Position numbers and translations under genes: made by a program. From a virus: a DNA stretch of 64,000 nucleotides. Positions 51,923 through 61,118 of the stretch are shown piece by piece (the stretch's first letter is position 1; each line of letters opens with the position of its first letter). Under the pieces are notes generated by a model. The model worked only from the letters and a program-made list of their open reading frames with translations, had not been told where the DNA came from and made no database searches. The stretch lies in the IMG/VR virus record IMGVR_UViG_3300021389_000010, positions 1 through 64,000 of that record, one strand, 5' to 3'.

Positions 51923-52675
51923 ATGGCAAGTGTAGAAAGAGTATATAAAGCAGTAAAAGATATAGCGAACAAAGACCAGAGAGGGTTTATAACTCCCTCT
52001 ATATTTAATCAGTTCGCAGGTGTGGCACAGATGAATCTGTTCAACAGATTGTTTGATGATATATCAATGGCAAACAGAATGCGCCGCATGGCTATTGATG
52101 GCCCGCGTCAGTTTGCCTTCTCAAAAAAAGTAGAGGAAGACCTATCGACCTTCGCTAAGAAGGTTGAATTAACCCTTTCGAGCGGAACGGTTGCTAAACC
52201 AAGTGACTTTGCACGTGTCATATCTATATCAACTATAGGGAAAAAGATTCTCGGTGTACAGAAGCAGTCACTAGTATCTCTTGTATACAATGAAGACCAC
52301 ATTGACAGAATACTTAACAGCGATTTATCAGCACCCTCTGATGACGCTCCTGTCGCTCTAATAGCAAACGACATAGAGGTATTTCCAAATGTGAATACGA
52401 GCATCGCTAAGATTAACTTAAGATATTACAAAGTACCACAAGGCATTCTTCCAGACACTGGTGCAAAGACATCACAGTCCCCTAAGTTTGGTTATACTTC
52501 ATCTGTTGCTGGTGTAGAGATTTATTCTTCAGCCAATAGTGTGGACTTTGAATTACCAGAGCAGTACTTCACTGAACTCGTCAACGAGATACTTACACTT
52601 GCTGGTGTAAATTTACGTGACAGCGATGTGTACAACTACGGCTCTTCAGAAACCACTAAAGACGAAAGTAGATAA
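51923..52675 (+). CDS. Tail tubular/adaptor-like protein
   Basis: NKDQRGFITP..FN..A..AQ and S.DFELP motifs; position after capsid genes; TATATTTG box at 51896-51903. Confidence 0.65.
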   Translation: MASVERVYKAVKDIANKDQRGFITPSIFNQFAGVAQMNLFNRLFDDISMANRMRRMAIDGPRQFAFSKKVEEDLSTFAKKVELTLSSGTVAKPSDFARVISISTIGKKILGVQKQSLVSLVYNEDHIDRILNSDLSAPSDDAPVALIANDIEVFPNVNTSIAKINLRYYKVPQGILPDTGAKTSQSPKFGYTSSVAGVEIYSSANSVDFELPEQYFTELVNEILTLAGVNLRDSDVYNYGSSETTKDESR

Positions 52676-53418
52676 TGAGCCAGGCATACGTTACAGTAGA
52701 TAAAGTAATCAACGATTACATCATGAGTGTGGATATGGATGACTACGGGTCAGCCGCATCTGATTATATGTTACGTCAATACGCGTTGCGAGGCATACGT
52801 GAATTTGGATTTGACATGTCTCATAATATTAAGACAACTCTGTTGGACGTAAACCAATCGCTAGGCACAGTTGATTTACCCTCTGACTTCGTGGAGATGG
52901 TTAAGATTGGTCAACTTGGAAACGATGGGTTGGTGTATGTGTTTGCAGAAAACCCCAACATGAACATACTACCAGATCAACCCGCTGATGCTATTCCAGA
53001 TTATCTACTTGGTTTTGACTCCTATGTTTTTAGAAACTTTTTATATGAGAATACAATGGGTCGCCTCTACGGTCTTGGCGGTGGTCAAGGTGCTGGTGAG
53101 TACAGAATTAACTGGGAAGAATGTCGGATAGAGATATCACTTGTATCTAATACAACACAAGTTGTTCTTGAGTATATATCAGATGCAGCCAAATGCGACA
53201 ATCCTTGCGTCCCTGTTTTTGCGGAGCAAGCATTACGCGCATATGTTTACTACCACACAATACAACGCAAGGCCAGCGTACCGGCTAACGAGAAACAGCG
53301 GGCACGTGCAGAATACTATAATGAAAGACGCCTGGCTAACGCAAGGCTCAAGTCCTTTAATAAGTTTGATGCATTGAGCGTTACCCGCAGAAACTTCAAA
53401 CTAAGCCCTAAAGCGTAA
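52675..53418 (+). CDS. Tail tubular/ring protein
   Basis: LPSDFV..VKIG and VVLEYISD motifs; position. Confidence 0.6.
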   Translation: MSQAYVTVDKVINDYIMSVDMDDYGSAASDYMLRQYALRGIREFGFDMSHNIKTTLLDVNQSLGTVDLPSDFVEMVKIGQLGNDGLVYVFAENPNMNILPDQPADAIPDYLLGFDSYVFRNFLYENTMGRLYGLGGGQGAGEYRINWEECRIEISLVSNTTQVVLEYISDAAKCDNPCVPVFAEQALRAYVYYHTIQRKASVPANEKQRARAEYYNERRLANARLKSFNKFDALSVTRRNFKLSPKA

Positions 53419-53421
53419 TAG

Positions 53422-56400
53422 ATGGCTTCTATAGATAAACTACTTCCTCGCTCTCTAAACAAAGATGATGATGAGCGTCTAGTTACCCGAGTGGAAATGA
53501 CGGATGCGCAAAACATTCGTGTGTCTATCGACGCCGACGGTGAGGCGCTTGTGTTAAAAAACTCATGGGGTAACACACATCGTTCAGCAAGTATTGAAAA
53601 CGGCTCAATGCCCTCGGGTACAAATCTCACTATCGGTAGTGTCGGTGATGATTCCGCAGCACAGGTGTATTATTTTGTTTGGAACAGCAACCAGAATCAT
53701 ACGATACTTCGCTATGACCAGAACGCCAAGAAGACATACCTAGTTTATGAAGACTCCGTTCTTAATTTTACTGAGGATGGTTTCGTGTATGCGTCTATAG
53801 TTGAGATGTCAAACAGAGATATCTTGCTTTACTTTAATGATGGACAGACGGCGCCTAAGAAAATAAACGCTACCCTAGCAGAACAAAGTATATCTGGAGC
53901 AGGAGGGTATCCTGGCACTTTCTCTAACGGGACAACTCAACAACGCAGAAACTACATCACTGTAGCAAAGCAGCCTCCATTACTTCCTCCAACAACAGTA
54001 TTCAACAATAATCCAGATTATCCTCAGAACGACATATTCGAAAAGAACTTTCAGTTTGCGTATCAATACGAGTACTATGACGGAGAGGAAACAGCGTTAA
54101 GCCCATACTCTGAACTGGCTATATCTAAGTCCCAATTGAAAGACGGATTCATAGATGCTGGTGCAAGAAATTATTGGAACGAAATAAAAATTACGGTAAC
54201 AAACTCAGAACTTGATGTAAAGAACATTAACATTTACGCAAGACAGGGTGATAAGGACAGCGCGTTTTTCTTGATAGAAAGCATACCTAATGTGCACGGA
54301 TCAGGAACACAGGTTCGCACATTCCGTAACGACTCTAACTATAAAGGCTTGTCCGCTATAGTCCAGGATAATACATACTCAAATGTACCTCAGCGTGCAG
54401 ATAGCCAAGCGATGTCGCAGGGCCGTTTGTTCTACGGGGGATACACAGATGGTTATCCAAACACAGGTACAGGTGGAATGACAGCGGTGCCTAATTACTA
54501 TAATAAACCAAACACTTTTAACATACCTATAGAGAAGTATGATGCTTTCCAAAATCAATTCTCTGTAGACTTTGCAAACATACCGTCAGTCATATCTGAG
54601 GATAGTTCTCTTTTGCTTTCCTTCTCCTGGCAGGACGGGCCTGTTGTTATTAGGAACAACGAAGGCAACAACAAGGATTACAATTTTACAAGTTTTGCTC
54701 CAGGAATACGGGTTTACGACAATGAAACCGGAGGTACCTCGCAAAATCTTTCTAAAGCAACTGAACTTAAGGCGTTAGCAGGAATACGTTACTTAAACGA
54801 TGGCAATATAAACCAAGCAGCAGTAGACCTAGATGGTGGATTTTTGAACAGCCCGCCTGTTGTAACCTTTATTGCTCAAAAAGGAACGTCAGACAGTACT
54901 GAAAAAACCATAGCCATACGTAAAATTGTAGGGGGTATAAAGGTTGTGAGTAGCGGCGTGCAGGTAAGGGAAATTATCAAAGTAAAAAAAGGTACAACCC
55001 AGGCTCAAGTAAAGGCGCTAGTTAGGGAAACTATTGAGGGGTTATATCCAATACAGTTTACTCCACAAAACGGAGAGGCTGGATTTAGTAATTTATTTAC
55101 AGGTGGACAGACCACATTTACGGACGAATCAGCAGCGTTTAAAGGAACAGGAAACGCTTGGATAAGAAGAGTAGATACAGGTTTCCCTGTGCCCACTAAA
55201 GACTACTATGGCGTAACCATGAATCATGTTACCTTCAAGGTAGACAAGTTGGTTTTTGGAACACGTGAGTCTCAAATTATAAACGGCGATCAGGTAGTCT
55301 CTCAGTTTGATGTGTTAGAAAGAAACATAGATGGATTTACTAACGACATTGATTTTACCGGAAGAGTGCAAAACTTAGCCGGAGAATGGGTGCAAATTAC
55401 CAACCCTCAGACTCAAAGAAAATTTTTCACTGTAGACAGGGTTGGCTCCTCGGTCAATCCAGGCGGCTGCTTCCTTATTGATGAGGACGAAATGGACGGC
55501 TATCGCTGCTTTAAATCTGGTTCTAGCCATGAGTTTGGGCTTTTGTTTTTTGACGACAAAGGAAGACCAGCCGGTGTTCAGCCCTTAGACAATGAGGTTT
55601 TTATAGAGCACACAAACAATCGCTCAGACGAGAACTCCCTTGATGGAAGAGCAGATATAGTTGTTCGGTTTGATGACACCTTTACTTGTCCCGACTGGGC
55701 TGAACGATACAGTATAGTTTATGCAGGACAGGGGTCTATAGTAAACAAAGTACAGTACTCAATAGGAGGTGCCTATATTGCGTTAAATGACGCAGACGCT
55801 GGTTCGTTTGGCTCCTCGCAAAACATATACCTTTCTCTAGGTACATTACAGAGTAGAGCGAATTCATACGACAATCAAACTGGAGCGTTAATTAACTACG
55901 GATTCGCAGAGGGTGACCGAATCAGAATAGTTAGGTATGGTGACGACTTAAAAGAAACGTCAACCTGGAAGGTCGCTAAGACCGTCACGCTTATTGCAGA
56001 TCCTGCAACAAACCCTCTTCTAGACAGAAGTTCTAAGGCCGCTATACAAAACACAACAGGAGACTTCCTTGTTATAGAGGACAACAATACACAAGAGTGG
56101 AACACAACGAGCATACTAAAAGGGGTTTCAAAATGGAACAACAAGTGTGTGATAGAAATATACAGAGAGTCTGGTGCGTTTGAGGAAACATTCTATTACG
56201 AAATAGGAGAGAACCTTGCTGTAGACAACCGTAGATTACCCCAGACTCAACGTACAGGCACATTGTTAAGCGTCAAGGTCGAGTCAGTATCCGCTGGTAC
56301 ACCAAACACTGTTGTTGCTGAAGTAGATAAAAGAGTTTTTAAGGGGGATTTTATAGAAATCCCTGGCGGGGCTGTAATCAAGGTAGGCAATGTTATTTTC

Positions 56401-58446
56401 AATGACGATACAACTTATCCTTTTAAACTTTACGGAGAAGTACAGTCTGGGACATTTAATCCTACCACTGTCTACAGCATGGCCGTAACCAACCCAGGGT
56501 CTGTTGTTCAGTTTAGCCAGGGCGACTCGTACTTTAGATTGCGCACACTGTTTTACGGAAGCGCACCACGAAAGGGTGATGTATGGAGAAACATGGCGCA
56601 AGCCTATTCTCAGAATGCGATTGTTGACTTTGTAGAAGACCCACGGGTGAGTGACTTTTATAAATCAAACTACACATCGTTAGGTAAACCTTTCCCATAT
56701 CTCCCAACAGCGACCACCTTAAAAAGGTTTGGCTCTATTACTTATTCAGAGCCGTTTGCATTTGAGAACACACGACTTGGCTTATCTTCTTTTAATCTTA
56801 CCGAGTTAAACTACAAAGACCTGTCATACGATTACGGTTCCATAAAATCTTTAGTACCATACGATGAGTTCTTGTACGTAATACATGAGCGAAGAGCAGG
56901 TATAGTACCCGTAAGAAGAAACATATTAACAGCGAACGATGGAGAATCTTTGACTGCTACTAATATGATACTCGGCCCGGTGAAATACTATGTCGGAGAA
57001 TACGGGTGTAACAATAACCCGGAGTCCGTGTCGTGGTACAGAGGGTATGTGTTCTTTGTTGACGCTAAGGCGGGCAAGGTTGCTCGTATAAACTTCCAGA
57101 GTGGACTAGATCTAATCAGTGAGCAACTGGTAGACAACTTCTTTAAAAACAAAATGTTCTCGGCTAACCCATCTGCTAAAAACAGAAAGTATATAGCAGG
57201 AGTAGACCGCGAAAACTATGAGTACATCATTAGTTCACCCGCTTTGTTCTCGAGCACCATTTCAATAGATGATTCGTGTAGTGGCACAACCGCAACTGGA
57301 CTTGGTAAAACAAACGAGGACGGCAATCTAATCAACGTGAGCGCTGTGTATGATGACTCACTAACCTTTGATTGGAATACATACGCTGTAAACTGGGAAT
57401 GTGCTGAACAGGAATGGCAGGACGCAGGTAAAGGATTGTTGCTTATCGACACCTTGACTAACAACCCTATCGTAGGACTGTCTGAGGATCAATCTCCGAG
57501 CATTACTGGCGTGACTACAAGCATACCTATATTAATTACCTCATCGGCTTACCAGGCGTATCATACAGGGAGATACGATCAGGTTACTGGTGTGGTAACT
57601 CCCGATAGTGCAGGTCAATCTTCTTTAACTATAAGCAATACATCAGAGACTCTTGCAGAGTTCACTATAGCCTATGATGTAAAGTCTGATTACTGGAGCA
57701 CAAGATATTCTTATCAAGCAGAAAATATAATAGGTCTTTCCGACAGGTTATACACCTTTAAAAACGGCGGTATATATGAGCATAATCCAGATGCTACCCG
57801 TAATACATTCTATGGTGTTGCAGGAGATAGTATTGTAGAGTGTATTTCTAACTTCAATCCATCTATGGTCAAGGTCTACGAAGCGGTAAGCCTTGAGGGT
57901 GACAATAAAGATTGGAGTGTAACACTAACTAATGTTGACCAAACAAGCACGATTGCTACTTCTATATGGGAGGAGAAAGAAGGGTTTTACTACGCACCCT
58001 TACACCAGGACTCAACTAACAATGTGTCTTATACAGCAACAGCAAATATTAGTTCCATTAGCGGAACGTCTGAGGTCTTTGGCTTAGGGTCTGCGGCATC
58101 TATTGCTACAGATAAGATAACATTTAAGAACGCAATTAACAGTATAGGATTTCCGCTGGGTGTAACAACAGCATTATTTAAAGTTAGCGGGGCCAATCTG
58201 GTACCACTAAATCTATATGCCACAGCCCTTGATGGAGAGAAAGTATTACAGTGTAACGGAACCGTAAGTGGTGTTACTGCTAATGATGAGATTGTATTGA
58301 TTGCTAATTCTGCTATTGAAGGTGACTCTTTGCGAGACTATTACTTGAAGGGCAGGTTTGTAAACTCCACAACCTCAAAGCATGAGTTGTATGCTATAAA
58401 CTTTATATACACTAAGTCCAATTTACACAACCAGCAAGGGCAATAG
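53422..58446 (+). CDS. Tail nozzle/stabilization protein
   Basis: 1674 aa; LNKDDDERLV...AQNIR start, FQFAYQY.Y.DGE and YG..NNPES motifs. Confidence 0.7.
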   Translation: MASIDKLLPRSLNKDDDERLVTRVEMTDAQNIRVSIDADGEALVLKNSWGNTHRSASIENGSMPSGTNLTIGSVGDDSAAQVYYFVWNSNQNHTILRYDQNAKKTYLVYEDSVLNFTEDGFVYASIVEMSNRDILLYFNDGQTAPKKINATLAEQSISGAGGYPGTFSNGTTQQRRNYITVAKQPPLLPPTTVFNNNPDYPQNDIFEKNFQFAYQYEYYDGEETALSPYSELAISKSQLKDGFIDAGARNYWNEIKITVTNSELDVKNINIYARQGDKDSAFFLIESIPNVHGSGTQVRTFRNDSNYKGLSAIVQDNTYSNVPQRADSQAMSQGRLFYGGYTDGYPNTGTGGMTAVPNYYNKPNTFNIPIEKYDAFQNQFSVDFANIPSVISEDSSLLLSFSWQDGPVVIRNNEGNNKDYNFTSFAPGIRVYDNETGGTSQNLSKATELKALAGIRYLNDGNINQAAVDLDGGFLNSPPVVTFIAQKGTSDSTEKTIAIRKIVGGIKVVSSGVQVREIIKVKKGTTQAQVKALVRETIEGLYPIQFTPQNGEAGFSNLFTGGQTTFTDESAAFKGTGNAWIRRVDTGFPVPTKDYYGVTMNHVTFKVDKLVFGTRESQIINGDQVVSQFDVLERNIDGFTNDIDFTGRVQNLAGEWVQITNPQTQRKFFTVDRVGSSVNPGGCFLIDEDEMDGYRCFKSGSSHEFGLLFFDDKGRPAGVQPLDNEVFIEHTNNRSDENSLDGRADIVVRFDDTFTCPDWAERYSIVYAGQGSIVNKVQYSIGGAYIALNDADAGSFGSSQNIYLSLGTLQSRANSYDNQTGALINYGFAEGDRIRIVRYGDDLKETSTWKVAKTVTLIADPATNPLLDRSSKAAIQNTTGDFLVIEDNNTQEWNTTSILKGVSKWNNKCVIEIYRESGAFEETFYYEIGENLAVDNRRLPQTQRTGTLLSVKVESVSAGTPNTVVAEVDKRVFKGDFIEIPGGAVIKVGNVIFNDDTTYPFKLYGEVQSGTFNPTTVYSMAVTNPGSVVQFSQGDSYFRLRTLFYGSAPRKGDVWRNMAQAYSQNAIVDFVEDPRVSDFYKSNYTSLGKPFPYLPTATTLKRFGSITYSEPFAFENTRLGLSSFNLTELNYKDLSYDYGSIKSLVPYDEFLYVIHERRAGIVPVRRNILTANDGESLTATNMILGPVKYYVGEYGCNNNPESVSWYRGYVFFVDAKAGKVARINFQSGLDLISEQLVDNFFKNKMFSANPSAKNRKYIAGVDRENYEYIISSPALFSSTISIDDSCSGTTATGLGKTNEDGNLINVSAVYDDSLTFDWNTYAVNWECAEQEWQDAGKGLLLIDTLTNNPIVGLSEDQSPSITGVTTSIPILITSSAYQAYHTGRYDQVTGVVTPDSAGQSSLTISNTSETLAEFTIAYDVKSDYWSTRYSYQAENIIGLSDRLYTFKNGGIYEHNPDATRNTFYGVAGDSIVECISNFNPSMVKVYEAVSLEGDNKDWSVTLTNVDQTSTIATSIWEEKEGFYYAPLHQDSTNNVSYTATANISSISGTSEVFGLGSAASIATDKITFKNAINSIGFPLGVTTALFKVSGANLVPLNLYATALDGEKVLQCNGTVSGVTANDEIVLIANSAIEGDSLRDYYLKGRFVNSTTSKHELYAINFIYTKSNLHNQQGQ

Positions 58447-58467
58447 TATTATCAGTATTTTTGTATT

Positions 58468-59421
58468 ATGAAAAAGATGAAAAATTATTTTGTAGGAGGC
58501 CTAATAAATGTAGCGGCAGGGCTCGGTACAGCAGCATACGGTGCGTATCAAGAGCGTCAAGCCAAAAAGAAAATGGCACAGGCAGACGAAGCAGCCACTG
58601 GCCCAATCAGATCACAAGCGGCACGCCAAAGAATTGCACGTCAAACAAGTGATGCTCAAGCGGGTGTGGATTCAGCATTACGCGCACAGGCTACAGCGGC
58701 AGACCGTTTAGCATCACAGGGTGGCGCTCGTGCTCTTCAGTCAGCAACACCTGGCTTAATGAGAGCAACAGAATTAGCCTCGAATCGTGCTATTAACAGC
58801 GTCCCTACGCTTGACGAAACATCTTTAACCGCAGGTCAAAACCAGCAGGCCCGTCTTAACTTAAACAGGCTTAGTCGTGCAGCAGATGCAGCAAGACAAA
58901 CAACTATAGGTGGTGTATCAACTGCAATCCAAGGTGGGGCAGAAATTCTTGGCTCGGTTGCAAAAACTGGATTTAAAAAGAAGAAGCCAGAAGCATTGGA
59001 ACTACCTGCTACTAATCCTGTTGCCCCGAAGACAGATGCTTTAACCGCTATGTCTAACGCTGCTCTGCAGGGAACACAGCAAGGGCTTATAGATTTTACT
59101 AAACAGACCAAGGCAGATAAAGCAGCATCTTTCAATATACTGGAGGATGAATCAAATGTTATCACCGATGAAATGGTTGATGAACTAGATGCTATCAGAC
59201 CAATGGAAGAAGGTGGTATTCAGAAAACACCAGGAGAGTTCTCGCATGATGACAATCCTATAGATATCGTTCAAGAGGGAGCAAAAATCGGGGAGATGAC
59301 TGGAGGAGAATACATATTTAACCCAGAGCAGGCTGAAGAAATGCGTAAACTTTCTAAGGCAGGAGATACCGAACTACACGAATTCGTTCGTAACTTACTA
59401 AACAAAGAACAATTTAAATAA
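58468..59421 (+). CDS. Small internal virion (ejection) protein
   Basis: Ala/Gln-rich helices with hydrophobic Gly/Ala segments; TATTTTTG box at 58456-58463. Confidence 0.6.
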   Translation: MKKMKNYFVGGLINVAAGLGTAAYGAYQERQAKKKMAQADEAATGPIRSQAARQRIARQTSDAQAGVDSALRAQATAADRLASQGGARALQSATPGLMRATELASNRAINSVPTLDETSLTAGQNQQARLNLNRLSRAADAARQTTIGGVSTAIQGGAEILGSVAKTGFKKKKPEALELPATNPVAPKTDALTAMSNAALQGTQQGLIDFTKQTKADKAASFNILEDESNVITDEMVDELDAIRPMEEGGIQKTPGEFSHDDNPIDIVQEGAKIGEMTGGEYIFNPEQAEEMRKLSKAGDTELHEFVRNLLNKEQFK

Positions 59422-61118
59422 TGGCTGATACATCCACATTCATGGCGGTGGGCCAGGTACCACAAGTAGATTATGGTGCGGTGTACAGAAACGCCAAGGC
59501 CCGTCGCGAGTTAGAAGAAGAGAAGAAACTACAATACCTTAACCAGTTCCAACAGGAACGTGGTGCTTTCACTACGGGTATGCAGGATGAACTGCAAGCA
59601 GAGTGGGATGCTATTGAATCCGACCTGGATCAGGGAGATATGTCTCTTGAGGCAAAGGCCCGAAGACAGCGGCTGTATAATAACTACAAGCAACACGCTG
59701 CCGATGCTCTTGAATACGCAAACACTGTTAATGATTTAGAGGCATCTATACTAGCAGACCCAAATGCATACAATGACCCTGCTGATTTAATGTCTCAATT
59801 AGAAGATGCACGTAATGTACAGGTGAGTGCTCAAAACATAGGTTTAGTAGCGGGTGAATTACCATCACTAAATGAGTTCCGAAGATTTTCTTTGCCAGAG
59901 ATTGCTCCTAACGCAGCAGCAGGCATGATACTGGAGAACTTGAAAACCTCTGGTGGTATCAATAACTTCTACGACATGAGTGGATCTGGAGAGATTGACC
60001 CAGATTCAGTAGCCTCCAGTGTTACCGCATGGTTCAATAGTAATTCTCTGTCACAACAAGAAGAAGACCAGGCCATTGCATACGTACTCCACCAACTCGG
60101 TGGTTTAAACGGTTCTATGGATGACCTTTCTAAAATTAGAAACCTATCAGATGAAGAGCGTGAAGGATACATAGGTCAGTACGCGCAGTATGTTACTGGT
60201 TCTTTGCAAAATATGTTGGCTGAAGATATAACAACAGAGCGGGAGAAGCGTCAAGCGGAACTCTCTGACTACAGAACCAAATCAAGAATACAAGCAGAAG
60301 AATCGAGGGCAGCGTCGAACGCTTCTGGGTACAGTGGATTTGTTGTAGAGGCTGGTGATTTACAATACATGCCACCTATTACTCCAGACGCCAATGGAAA
60401 TGTTTTAAAAACTAGTGACCCAGAATTGGCTAACGCTAACATGGCAATTCACGCGAGTATAGAGGGCACACAACCTATGTACAGAGACGTGAATGGTAAT
60501 CAAAATTATATCGAGAGCATTGGTATAGACCAAGACGGGAAGATGATTGCTATTATTAGAACTAATCAGTCAGTAAAGAACAGGAGTAATAAAACTGAAA
60601 CTCACGTTGCTAGAACAGTGGTAGACGCATCTGAAATACCGTTGAATGGATTGAGTAACGCCAAGCAAGCAGATAAGATTCGTCAGACATACAACAATAT
60701 GCTACCTATGTGGTCGGCAAACTTTGCGGGTCGTGAGCCACAGCAAAACTTCCAGGGAGATATAAATGTCCTTGGTGAAATGGAAGTCGAGACAAGCGAA
60801 ACAGGCGTAATGCAAGGCCCTGCTGCTCCCAAGGGTGTCGGGACATCCGACCAAGGTACAATGGCAGGTCAGTTTGTACGTCCACAAGGTTCTACTGCAG
60901 AGCCTACAATTGAAATCACAGTAGACGAGTGGAGTGACATGAGCAAGCCAGCACAGCGGAACTTCATCATGGATGAAGCAGTAAATCGTAACAGCGAGAC
61001 AGTTGAACTCAATGGTCGTCAACGCAGAAAATGGGACACGATGACACCTACTGAGCGTAAAAACGAATTGGCTAAAGTTCGCAATGAATTAAGACTACAA
61101 TTGAAAATTGATATTTAA
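59421..61118 (+). CDS. Internal virion protein
   Basis: 565 aa between ejection-type genes; paralog of 3..965. Confidence 0.65.
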   Translation: MADTSTFMAVGQVPQVDYGAVYRNAKARRELEEEKKLQYLNQFQQERGAFTTGMQDELQAEWDAIESDLDQGDMSLEAKARRQRLYNNYKQHAADALEYANTVNDLEASILADPNAYNDPADLMSQLEDARNVQVSAQNIGLVAGELPSLNEFRRFSLPEIAPNAAAGMILENLKTSGGINNFYDMSGSGEIDPDSVASSVTAWFNSNSLSQQEEDQAIAYVLHQLGGLNGSMDDLSKIRNLSDEEREGYIGQYAQYVTGSLQNMLAEDITTEREKRQAELSDYRTKSRIQAEESRAASNASGYSGFVVEAGDLQYMPPITPDANGNVLKTSDPELANANMAIHASIEGTQPMYRDVNGNQNYIESIGIDQDGKMIAIIRTNQSVKNRSNKTETHVARTVVDASEIPLNGLSNAKQADKIRQTYNNMLPMWSANFAGREPQQNFQGDINVLGEMEVETSETGVMQGPAAPKGVGTSDQGTMAGQFVRPQGSTAEPTIEITVDEWSDMSKPAQRNFIMDEAVNRNSETVELNGRQRRKWDTMTPTERKNELAKVRNELRLQLKIDI

